A stretch of DNA of 64,000 bases, taken from contig JAYUGC010000036.1 of assembly GCA_043767805.1 (NCBI GenBank), positions 1 to 64,000 of the forward strand, read 5' to 3'. A program made the position numbers and the translations under genes. A model generated the notes under the pieces. It made no database searches, had not been told where the DNA came from, and saw nothing but the letters and a program-made list of their open reading frames with translations. This document shows positions 50,163-58,394 of this stretch, one piece after another. This stretch comes from Pseudomonadota bacterium (lineage in GTDB: Bacteria > Bdellovibrionota > FAC87 > UBA2466). Position 1 is the first letter of the stretch; every line of letters begins with the position of its first letter.

Positions 50163-50861
50163 TTAAGACGAATGGGGGCGCCACCGGCGGCGCGAGATGT
50201 GGAGTGTGGACTCGTAGTGAATTTGTTGCTCGACCATGTGACCGAACACATCGAGGAGGTTTTTGTGAGCGGTCTGATTCTCGGGGTACATGGAATCGAG
50301 TAGCCAGTGGATGGCCTCAATCGTGGAATAACATTCGGGAGTAGGTTGGTGGCGCACCCGAAACGTGGAAGGCGTCGAAGGCGTGAAACGAATCGTAGGA
50401 AGATGCGCGAGATTTTTGCTATAGCGCCGCACTCGTTTTGCCTGCGCCCAGGTCGCGTCGATGATGAAAATGACGAGTCGCTTTCCCGGCGGAAAAATTG
50501 CGCGCCGGCCTTCCGGTGAGAGTGAACTTACATCCGTCGCATTGCGCGTGGGATAGAGTACCACGGGGTAGCACTCCGGATCGGCAAGCAGCGCATTCAC
50601 TTTCGTGTTGTGCGTGTAGTTGCTTCCTTCGAGCAAAAGCGAGTTCGGCAAACAAAGGTGTGCCATGCGGCCGGTCGCAATCGAGCGGCGCGCTTCGTGC
50701 CGGTGGATCAAAATCACGAAAAGCGGGTCCGGAGTGAAGGCTTGGATTTTCGGGCAGTAACAACCTACCAGGGGGCGGCGGCAGCGCTCACACTTTGGCC
50801 GCGGGCCCTTGATGGCCGCGGCTCGCCGCTCTTTCTCCAGTAGGTAGGTCTGTAAATTCAT
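50163..50861 (-). CDS. DTW-domain tRNA aminocarboxypropyltransferase (TapT-like)
   Basis: CERC..CYC, H..E, ATG, DATW, STIEA. Confidence 0.85.
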   Translation of the reverse strand: MNLQTYLLEKERRAAAIKGPRPKCERCRRPLVGCYCPKIQAFTPDPLFVILIHRHEARRSIATGRMAHLCLPNSLLLEGSNYTHNTKVNALLADPECYPVVLYPTRNATDVSSLSPEGRRAIFPPGKRLVIFIIDATWAQAKRVRRYSKNLAHLPTIRFTPSTPSTFRVRHQPTPECYSTIEAIHWLLDSMYPENQTAHKNLLDVFGHMVEQQIHYESTLHISRRRWRPHSS

Positions 50862-50912
50862 GAGGGGCGAATATAGGGGGCGGGGCCTCGAAAGTCACAA
50901 AAGCTTCAAATA

Positions 50913-51029
50913 ATGCTGACCGTTCCTCAGTTTCGGGTGGTCGCCGCCATCGGGCGGGGCATGGCCCGCGCCAGCGAGTTAGCCCGCTTTCTCGGAGTCA
51001 GCTAGGCCGCCATGTCCAAGACGATTGCC
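50913..51029 (+). pseudogene. MarR-like HTH remnant with in-frame stop, ending at the repeat element
   Basis: MLTVPQFRVVAAIGRGMARASELARFLGVS*AAMSKTIA; TAG at 51003-51005. Confidence 0.7.
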
Positions 51030-51102
51030 AAAAGGTGTGTGGATACTTTTAGCTGGCGGCGGCACGGGATTTGCCTTAGCTAAAAGTATCCACACACCTT
51101 TT
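51030..51102. repeat. REPIN-like inverted repeat, copy 2
   Basis: Perfect 25-bp arms aaaaggtgtgtggatacttttagct (51030-51054, 51078-51102), 23-nt spacer. Confidence 0.9.
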
Positions 51103-51859
51103 AGCCGGTTCGGCGGAAGGGGAGCGCGTTTTCGGCGAGAGAGTGCAGGGTCATGGCGTTTGGGAGAGCGGCGCCCATCGCGGTGTTATCGAAGATGCAC
51201 CAAACTTCGACCCCTTGCTCGGACCAGGCGAGCAAGTCTGAGAAAAGATTTTCGAGCTGAGGCCCGGAGTAAGCCGAGTAATACATCTGCGGCGATCCAT
51301 GCAGCCGGTAGTACACGAGCCGCTTGGACGCTAGCGGTTGCGCGGCGGCCGGCACCGGATCGGCGGCCACCCGCGCGATGTCGAGCTTCGTGAAAAGCAC
51401 TTCGGCTTCCGGTGTAAACCAGGTCCGATGGCGTGGCTCGCAAACAATGGCGCCGCGAAACCGAAGCCGAAGCTCGGACAAGAAAGTGTGCGCGACTTTC
51501 GGCTCCAGCCAAAGGCTCGGCGGCAATTGAACGAGGAGCGGCCCCAATTTCTTACCCAAGCCCGCGACCTGATCGAGAAAGGCCACGAGCAGTTCGCTTG
51601 CGCCTTTAAGCCGATGCACGTGGGTAATGGCTTTCGGAACTTTCACCGAGAAGCGGAAATCTTCCGGGACGGACTCCGCCCAACGGCGGTAAGTCTCCCA
51701 ACGATGAGGCCGATAGAAGGAGGAGTTAATCTCGACCGAGGGGAATCTTCCAGCGTAGCGATGTAAATGCGTGCCTTCTCCCGGAAATTCCTCGGCAAGA
51801 ATCGTGGGCAGCGCCCAGCCGGCGCATCCCGTTCTAATGCGTTTCGATTTTGGCGCCAT
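51101..51859 (-). CDS. DUF72 (YecE/UPF0759) protein
   Basis: GCAGW, VEINSSFY, FSVKVPKAITH, QLPPS, EPRH, RLHG, IFDN. Confidence 0.92.
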   Translation of the reverse strand: MAPKSKRIRTGCAGWALPTILAEEFPGEGTHLHRYAGRFPSVEINSSFYRPHRWETYRRWAESVPEDFRFSVKVPKAITHVHRLKGASELLVAFLDQVAGLGKKLGPLLVQLPPSLWLEPKVAHTFLSELRLRFRGAIVCEPRHRTWFTPEAEVLFTKLDIARVAADPVPAAAQPLASKRLVYYRLHGSPQMYYSAYSGPQLENLFSDLLAWSEQGVEVWCIFDNTAMGAALPNAMTLHSLAENALPFRRTG

Positions 51860-51860
51860 C

Positions 51861-52652
51861 TCAATCCTCTCGTTCGAGATGTAGCAAAGACAGTACCAAC
51901 TCCGGCGTCAGCCGGATGGATTCTTCCCGAACCCAGAGGGGGAGAGCATCGGCATCTTCCAACCAAAAAGCCGCCCGCAAGGGAACGGCTTGGATATCGG
52001 TGCGCGAAGAGGTGAGGAGCTGGTGTGCGGCGGAGAGTTTGTCCGGCTGCTGCTTCATCTCGATGTCGGGAGAAACATTCGCGCCTTTGGCCCACCAGAT
52101 CCGGCCCTTGGGGGCGTAGCAAACTAAAATGAGAGGAGCGGCGTCCAGTTCCACCCAGCGAATCGCGGTGGCGGTGAGGCTCGTCTGAAAGAGTTTTCCC
52201 ATCGCCTCGATGTTGGCCAAGCAGGGCGGCCGCTCCGCCATGAATTTCGTGCACAAGGGCCGGGGTAGAAGGAGATCCACGGCGTATCGGTTCGCCCGCC
52301 GTTCCGGATTCTTTTCCCCGCGGTTCAGCGGCTGCACCAGCGCGTCTCCGCCACAGGCGAACGCGGTCTTGCCCCGATCCCACATCCAGTGACCCAGCTC
52401 GTGCGCCGCCGAAAAGCGCTGGCGAGGCACGCTCGACTGGCTGTTCACGGTGATGAAAGCTCTCTTCCCGTAACCGATGAGGCGCGCTTCGCTGCCCTCC
52501 ATGGGCTCGTAAAGGACGGTAGCGCCACAATGCTGAGCGATCGCCTCGATTTGAATATCGCCCGGGGTCTCGATACCCAGCTCGAGAAGAAGATCGTCGG
52601 CGGAGACATGGGGCTCGGCGCTTACCGCGGCCAAGTCAGCGTCGATCGCCAT
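51861..52652 (-). CDS. ImmA/IrrE-family (DUF955) Zn metallopeptidase without fused HTH
   Basis: RQRFSAAHELGH, ERRANRYAVDLLLP, TSLTATAIR. Confidence 0.9.
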   Translation of the reverse strand: MAIDADLAAVSAEPHVSADDLLLELGIETPGDIQIEAIAQHCGATVLYEPMEGSEARLIGYGKRAFITVNSQSSVPRQRFSAAHELGHWMWDRGKTAFACGGDALVQPLNRGEKNPERRANRYAVDLLLPRPLCTKFMAERPPCLANIEAMGKLFQTSLTATAIRWVELDAAPLILVCYAPKGRIWWAKGANVSPDIEMKQQPDKLSAAHQLLTSSRTDIQAVPLRAAFWLEDADALPLWVREESIRLTPELVLSLLHLERED

Positions 52653-53070
52653 TCAATACCCCTAACGCTTCGAGCTGTTTCAGAAGGCTTTCCACATCGG
52701 CGTCGGAGAGGCTCTTGAACTCACGGTGTTGCAGAGTCAAAAACGTCTTCTCTCCTTGGGGGAATCTTTGAAAAATGGAATTGAGTAGCTCACGCCGGTC
52801 GGATTCCCCCGAGGGGAGCGTGTAGCTGCGGTCTTTATAACGGCGGACCTCTTCGCGATAAACAGCGAGCGCGTTATTCAACGCTTTTTGCTTAAAAGAT
52901 CGGACACCATCCAGGAGACAGGCTCTAACTTGTTCGGCTTTGTGAGAGGCCTCGGGGCCTGCGTCTCTGAGCACTTCCGCGTCTGTATCCTGGAGTGAGC
53001 TGTCGGCCAGCATCGCAAACAGCTTTTGTATTTCTTCCGTGTCCCTATTTTCTGGATATATAGATGCCAT
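52636..53070 (-). CDS. Hypothetical helical protein, candidate anti-sigma/peptidase substrate
   Basis: 144-aa ORF with GGAG RBS between the sigma-like gene and the peptidase; 17-nt overlap with the peptidase. Confidence 0.7.
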   Translation of the reverse strand: MASIYPENRDTEEIQKLFAMLADSSLQDTDAEVLRDAGPEASHKAEQVRACLLDGVRSFKQKALNNALAVYREEVRRYKDRSYTLPSGESDRRELLNSIFQRFPQGEKTFLTLQHREFKSLSDADVESLLKQLEALGVLNGDRR

Positions 53071-53084
53071 GCTAACTCCCTACC

Positions 53085-53693
53085 TCAAGAGGTTTGTGCG
53101 AGGCGTTCCACGCCTCGTCTCATGCGCTTTAAAGCGCTCTCATAATTTTTTCTGTCCAGGCTAGCGTTAACTTGGATTTCAGGGCCGGTGAGGCCTTCAC
53201 TCAGTCCGTCTAAGATGCTCATGACGTCTTCGTCATGCTCGAAATGCGCTTTGATGCGACGAAGCTGTTGCTGAGCTTCAAGGACTCTTTCTACGCTGGG
53301 GCTCGATGAAGAAGCGGAGCTGATGGGGCTGAACTTACCGGACTCATCACTGACATCGGACTCGTTCAGTACGCTTACCGTGCGCTCTCTCTCGTTCCAA
53401 TGACTCGAGAGACTTCTCATTACGCCCACGAGATGCGTAAAAAAACCGACCTTCCTGCGCTTCCAGCGCCTCTCGCCACCCAATGTGGCTACCACCGCTT
53501 CCTCGAGCAAATCCTCATGGTCCCGGCCTAATGTCCGCCCGCCTAGGGAACGGATACGATAACGCGCGTAACGCTCCAGTCTCAGCAGCTCTTCCTCAGT
53601 CAGCGAGCGAATGGCGGACTGAACTTCGTCGATAGACGCAGCTTGCTCTTCGGTCTCAGAACGCAAAACTACGTTATCAGGGACTTCGATCAT
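53085..53693 (-). CDS. Sigma70/ECF-like factor
   Basis: Region 2-like L.RYA...HEDLLEEAV...W...F..HL.GVMRS; region 4-like GLTGPEI...YESALKRMRR. Confidence 0.7.
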   Translation of the reverse strand: MIEVPDNVVLRSETEEQAASIDEVQSAIRSLTEEELLRLERYARYRIRSLGGRTLGRDHEDLLEEAVVATLGGERRWKRRKVGFFTHLVGVMRSLSSHWNERERTVSVLNESDVSDESGKFSPISSASSSSPSVERVLEAQQQLRRIKAHFEHDEDVMSILDGLSEGLTGPEIQVNASLDRKNYESALKRMRRGVERLAQTS

Positions 53694-53863
53694 CCTAAGT
53701 CCCATATAACACAGTGCCGGCCACCCATAAATTCCGGACGCGTCGAAGAAAAAAATTCCTTTTGTCCAAAAAAGAGAAACGAACGGCATTCACACTCGTG
53801 AATACAGAAAACACGAATAGAGACAAACAAACGGGAACTGAGCACTCGGGAAGGAATCCATCC

Positions 53864-54943
53864 ATGGCTAAAACGAAAGAACCGCAAAGAATGCAAGTGC
53901 GAGTCGGGCAGGATCGCACCTTGGCCGGGCGGAGCGGCCGCTTAGACAAATGGGTGCAGTCGATGCCCCAAGATCTTAGTCAAAAGAAGCCTACTAGCAT
54001 TTCGGCGGAGCTGGCCACGATGCAGGCGAACGCCTTGAAGGCGCGCTCGCAATGGGAAGACTTGAAAGAACAGGCGGTTCTGGCCTACGAGTCCGGCTTA
54101 CTCCCGAGGTCCATCGATAGCCGCGAGAGAGCGGTCACCATCGCGCTCATGGGCAAAGAGCTCGGCGTCGCTCCCATGCAGGCCCTCTGCGGGATTTACG
54201 TCGTCAACGGCATGGTGGCGCTTCGGGGAAGCTTGATGTTGCGGCTTATCTACGAGCGAGTTCAAGGCGCTCGTATCACGGTGCTGACGGCGCCTGACCG
54301 ATCCGAGCAGGAATGCGCGGTCGAGATGACTCGTCCGAACGGAACGCCTCAGGTATTTCGTTATACGGTGGAAGACGCGAAAAAAGCGGGCTTCATGAAT
54401 AAGCCGATTTGGCAGCAGCACACGGCAACCATGTTGCGGTGGGCGGCCATTCGCACCGGAGCCCGAGTCGTCTTCGCCGATGCCATCGCGGGATGTTACA
54501 TGGAAGACGAGATCCCAGCCTCGGATACGGTGAGCATGCCGGTCGAAACTCCGGTCTTCGCTTCCGCTCCCGTCTCGGTGCAGGCCCAGTCCGCGCCGGC
54601 AACGGCGGCGGCAAGCGCGCCGAAAGTCGAGACGCCGGTGGCCGCGCCGAAGGTAGAAGTCAACGAGCGTACGGATTTCGAAGCCGCGCCTTTGTTTGAC
54701 TCGTCGCCGTCTCGTCCTCGTACGGTAGTGGCTTCGCTCCCGCGCACGGTAACCAAAAAGCGAGTAAGCCGGCTTTACGCCATCGCTTACCAGCACAAAT
54801 GGAGTCGTCAGGAAGTGGGAGTGGCCGTCGATAAGTGGTTCCAGAAACGGGATCCTCGGCAGTTAAATCGCGCCGAGTACGACCGGATCTGCCAATACCT
54901 CTTGGACAACGGCACGAAGGACATGTTGAACGAAAGAGCTTGA
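53864..54943 (+). CDS. RecT/Red-beta-like single-strand annealing protein
   Basis: SGLLP, GKELGVAPMQAL.GIYVVNG, YTVEDAKKAG, W.QH...ML...A...AR..F.D...G.Y..DE; Ala/Pro linker and small C-terminal domain. Confidence 0.75.
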   Translation: MAKTKEPQRMQVRVGQDRTLAGRSGRLDKWVQSMPQDLSQKKPTSISAELATMQANALKARSQWEDLKEQAVLAYESGLLPRSIDSRERAVTIALMGKELGVAPMQALCGIYVVNGMVALRGSLMLRLIYERVQGARITVLTAPDRSEQECAVEMTRPNGTPQVFRYTVEDAKKAGFMNKPIWQQHTATMLRWAAIRTGARVVFADAIAGCYMEDEIPASDTVSMPVETPVFASAPVSVQAQSAPATAAASAPKVETPVAAPKVEVNERTDFEAAPLFDSSPSRPRTVVASLPRTVTKKRVSRLYAIAYQHKWSRQEVGVAVDKWFQKRDPRQLNRAEYDRICQYLLDNGTKDMLNERA

Positions 54944-55055
54944 AGGCTAGGGCTCCCCAGTAGTTTAGAGAGCCCAACGAGAGCGGGGTCTTTATGAGGA
55001 ACGCATGGCTTCTCCCCACTGCGTGCTTCAATAGGCCCCGCTTTCTTTATTGGGA

Positions 55056-55688
55056 TTAGGCGCGCTGGAAAGCGAGAGCCATGTTCGTGGGCAGGGGGAA
55101 TTTTTTACCCGCCAAAGTCATCTGGTACTCGGAAGCGATTTCATTTAGCCACTCCGGCCTAAACAGATTCACCCGGAAGCCTTGAACCCATTTTTCGAAG
55201 CGATAGTACGTTCCCCCTAGGCCGACGCGCGGGCACAAGACGACGAGCCTGCCACCAGGGGCGACCAGGCGGCAGAGGTTTCTGAAAGACGATTCGGGAT
55301 TACTGACGAAATCGAGGCTTCCCGCGCAGATGACTCTGTCGAAGGTGCGCTTTAAGACGAGACTCTCCAAATCATCGACCCACGCCTCGTCGAGCCGGCG
55401 CGCTACTTCTTCGATCATATCGGGCGCGGCATCGAAGGCGCAGACGTAAGCGCCCCCACGTTTGGCTTCCAGCGCATAGAAGCCCGAGCCGCATCCCGCA
55501 TCGATGACCGCGCGGGCTCCGGTGAGCTCGCAAAGACTCAAAACCGCCGACCGCTCCCGCCGTCTGGCAAGGCCAAGAGCGCCTCGCTTGACGTGCGTGT
55601 CGTATTTCCGAGCCAGGGTGTTGTAATAAAGGACCGCCCGATCTCTATCGGCTGCCGTAACGTGGAACTCAGCTGTCGCGTTCATCAT
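55056..55688 (-). CDS. Class I SAM methyltransferase
   Basis: VIDAGCGSG, FDRVIC, APGG. Confidence 0.85.
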   Translation of the reverse strand: MMNATAEFHVTAADRDRAVLYYNTLARKYDTHVKRGALGLARRRERSAVLSLCELTGARAVIDAGCGSGFYALEAKRGGAYVCAFDAAPDMIEEVARRLDEAWVDDLESLVLKRTFDRVICAGSLDFVSNPESSFRNLCRLVAPGGRLVVLCPRVGLGGTYYRFEKWVQGFRVNLFRPEWLNEIASEYQMTLAGKKFPLPTNMALAFQRA

Positions 55689-55705
55689 AAGCTGAGCTTA
55701 GAAAG

Positions 55706-55721
55706 AGCAAATTCAGTGCCA
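55706..55721 (-). promoter_or_regulatory. Sigma54-type promoter
   Basis: TGGCACTGAATTTGCT, near-consensus. Confidence 0.6.
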
Positions 55722-55734
55722 AGGACGCCGAGTC

Positions 55735-56319
55735 TTAAATGGATTTCGGTGGGTCGACGTCATCGGGCGTATTCCAGTTCGCATGGATGCGAGCGTCCTG
55801 GACGGCAACGCGGGCTTTACGAGCTTGCGGTAAAGCGCGGAGCATCTCGTCTAGCCGGGCCGGGGCCGCGGCGTTCGCGATGCTTTGCAGTAAAGCGTTC
55901 GATAAGAGAACGGGATGGCCGCCTCTTTGTTCGAAAGTCGGAATGGCGGCAAGCGTTTCCGGGGTGAGCGCGGCCGACAGCGCCTGCCAAACTTCGGGGT
56001 TGGGAGCGGGAACATCCAGCGGCAAGACAAAGGCGCCTTCCGCTTTTGCCGCAAGCGCCGCGCTCGCGCCTATCTGCAGCGAGGAAAATGGCCCGCGGCT
56101 GGTATCGGGGTTGCTCAAAGTCCCAACCCAATCGGGAACTAAATCCACCAAAGTATCGTCGTCCGCGGCGAGAACCACCCAGCCAACTTTACCGCCCGCT
56201 TCTTTAAAGCGGACCCACTGGTGTGTCACTAAAGGAAAGCCATGGATCGGAAGCTTCCCCTTCGGTGACTGCATCCGGCTCGACTTGCCGGCGGCGAGTA
56301 GAATCAGCGGGTATTTCAT
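55735..56319 (-). CDS. MocA/MobA-like molybdenum cofactor nucleotidyltransferase
   Basis: LAAGKSSRM..PK, GPFSSL, GGHPVL, NTPDD. Confidence 0.85.
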   Translation of the reverse strand: MKYPLILLAAGKSSRMQSPKGKLPIHGFPLVTHQWVRFKEAGGKVGWVVLAADDDTLVDLVPDWVGTLSNPDTSRGPFSSLQIGASAALAAKAEGAFVLPLDVPAPNPEVWQALSAALTPETLAAIPTFEQRGGHPVLLSNALLQSIANAAAPARLDEMLRALPQARKARVAVQDARIHANWNTPDDVDPPKSI

Positions 56320-57076
56320 ACAGGGTCTCCAAGACTTGGGCTGCGAAACTAATGGCGATTTCCTTGGGAGCTTTGCCTTTGAGCGGAATGCCGATGGGAC
56401 ACGTAACTTTTTCCAAAGCACTTGCTTCGATCCCGAGGCTCTGTAAGCGGGACTGAAAGCGCCGCCACTTCGTGCGGCTTCCGATGAGGCCCAAGTAGCG
56501 CGCTGGTTTACCGACCAGTTCGCCAAGGATAGCCTGATCCAAAGCATGTTGATGGGTCAGCACCACCGCGTAAGTCCGCTCGGCTTCCCATTTGGCTTTT
56601 GTCACAACATCGAGCCAGGGCTCGGGATGCCGTAAGACCGAGCTCGGAATTTCCGGAGAGAAGAGCCATTCCGGTCGTGGGTCGATGAGGTGAATTTGAA
56701 AAGGCGTTTCGGCAAGCACTTGGCAAACGGCTCGGCCCACGTGACCCGCGCCGAAAACATAAAGCTGAGGCCCCCGGTGCAGCACCTCGATGAGAAGTGC
56801 CACGGTACCTCCGCAACACTGACCTGTCGTGGGGCCGAGTGGAATCTTGGCGAACCGGGGTTCTCCGAGGCTCAACGCTTTCGCCGCTTCGGCGAGGGCT
56901 AGCTGCTCGAGGGAGCCGCCCCCAATGGTCCCAAAGAACTCGCCGTCCTCGCAGACGAGCATCTTCGCGCCGATTTCCCGCGGCGCGGAGCCGGAATGAC
57001 TGGCGACCGTGACTACCGCCACGGGACGGCCCTCCAGGCGCAGGGACTCAAGTTTCGAGAGCCAGTCCCAGTTCAC
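56204..57076 (-). CDS. xdhC: XdhC/CoxI accessory protein
   Basis: GSAPREIGAKM, GTIGGG, CCGG, FGAGHVG, IGSRTK, CPIG; 3' end overlaps next gene. Confidence 0.9.
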   Translation of the reverse strand: MNWDWLSKLESLRLEGRPVAVVTVASHSGSAPREIGAKMLVCEDGEFFGTIGGGSLEQLALAEAAKALSLGEPRFAKIPLGPTTGQCCGGTVALLIEVLHRGPQLYVFGAGHVGRAVCQVLAETPFQIHLIDPRPEWLFSPEIPSSVLRHPEPWLDVVTKAKWEAERTYAVVLTHQHALDQAILGELVGKPARYLGLIGSRTKWRRFQSRLQSLGIEASALEKVTCPIGIPLKGKAPKEIAISFAAQVLETLYEIPADSTRRRQVEPDAVTEGEASDPWLSFSDTPVGPL

Positions 57077-57933
57077 AGTGTCTCCAGAAACTGCCGGAGC
57101 AAGTTTTGAGCGACTTGTTTGCGGTAGACCGCCGTCGAACGGATATCGTCGATAGGAGTGAGCTCTTTGCCCAGCGCTTGGACGGCCGCTTCTATTTCCG
57201 CGCTCCCGAGTTTCTTGCCGAACAGAGTCGCTTCCGTGCTCTGGCAACGGTAAGGAACGGGCGCCACGCTACCGTACGCGAGACGGATATGAGCGACCGT
57301 GCCGTCTTCTTCGAGCTTTGCGCCGGCGGCGAGACAGACTTTGGAGATCGCTTGGGCTTTGCGCGTGCCAACCTTGCGGTACCACTGCGAGGTGCCGGCC
57401 GCGGGGCGTTTAATCCGAATGCGGCGGAGCAGCTCGTTCGGAGCTAGCGCCATCGTCTTATAGCCCGTGTGAAAAGACGCATAGGGAATCCACCGCGCGC
57501 CCGTTTTCGAGACCAACTCGACTTCAGCGTCATAAACGAGAAGAGCGGGCGGAGAGTCTGCCGCGGGAGACGCGTTTGCGATGTTGCCACCGAGAGTGCC
57601 TCGGTTCTGAATGGCGATGGCGCCCGTCTCGGAGGCCGCTCGGCAGAGCAATGGAAAATCCGCCTGCAGGTCCGTGTTTTCCCGGATTTCCGAAAACGTC
57701 GTCAAAGCTCCGAGCGTGACCGAGGCCGGAGTCTTTTCAAACGACTTGAGCTCTTTCATGCCCCAAAGGCTAAGGTAACTTCCCGCGGGAAGTCTGCCGG
57801 CCTCGAAAAGCACCATGAGATCGGTGCCGCCTGCGAGAGGTTTCCATTTTCCCGGCTCGGCGTGGATGAGCGCAAGGGCTTCCTCCAGCGTCTTCGGAAC
57901 TCGTACGTCGTAATTCGGGAGATAGGCTCTCAC
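57073..57933 (-). CDS. Xanthine dehydrogenase family FAD subunit
   Basis: LAGGTDL, IQNRGTLGGNIANASPAAD, PIDDIRST. Confidence 0.9.
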   Translation of the reverse strand: MRAYLPNYDVRVPKTLEEALALIHAEPGKWKPLAGGTDLMVLFEAGRLPAGSYLSLWGMKELKSFEKTPASVTLGALTTFSEIRENTDLQADFPLLCRAASETGAIAIQNRGTLGGNIANASPAADSPPALLVYDAEVELVSKTGARWIPYASFHTGYKTMALAPNELLRRIRIKRPAAGTSQWYRKVGTRKAQAISKVCLAAGAKLEEDGTVAHIRLAYGSVAPVPYRCQSTEATLFGKKLGSAEIEAAVQALGKELTPIDDIRSTAVYRKQVAQNLLRQFLETL

Positions 57934-58394
57934 GGCTTCGCCTCCGCCGCGCGGGAGACCGCCTCGAAAATTTTCATGTAACCCGTGCAGCGGCAAAGAT
58001 TTCCCGCGAGACCCTCGCGGATGTCCGCCTCCGTGGGAGCGGTGTTCTTTTCGAGAAGCTTGACCGCGGCGAGAATCATTCCGGGCGTACAGATGCCGCA
58101 CTGAGCGCCTCCGGTTTGGAGAAAAGCTTTTTGAACGGGGTGAAGCTCGCCGTTTTGGGCGAGTCCTTCAATGGTGGTGATAGCCGCGCCTTCCGTCTGT
58201 ACCACGGGAATCAGGCAGCTATTGACTAGCTTACCGTCGATAAACACGGAGCAGGCTCCACACTCACCCTCTCCGCAGCCTTCTTTGACTCCCGTGCAAT
58301 GGCCTTGCTCTCGGAGGACGTCGAGAAGGCGTGCCATCGGAAAGGCTTTGAACTGGGACGCTTTTCCGTTCACGCGGCAACTCACTTCAATCAC
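57930..58394 (-). CDS. Xanthine dehydrogenase family 2Fe-2S subunit
   Basis: GCGEGECGAC, QCGIC, NLCRCTGY. Confidence 0.93.
   Translation of the reverse strand: MIEVSCRVNGKASQFKAFPMARLLDVLREQGHCTGVKEGCGEGECGACSVFIDGKLVNSCLIPVVQTEGAAITTIEGLAQNGELHPVQKAFLQTGGAQCGICTPGMILAAVKLLEKNTAPTEADIREGLAGNLCRCTGYMKIFEAVSRAAEAKP

Noticed and set aside
51861..54943. Prophage or ICE interpretation of the ImmA and RecT genes
   Set aside because: No integrase, att repeats, replication or structural genes visible in the window
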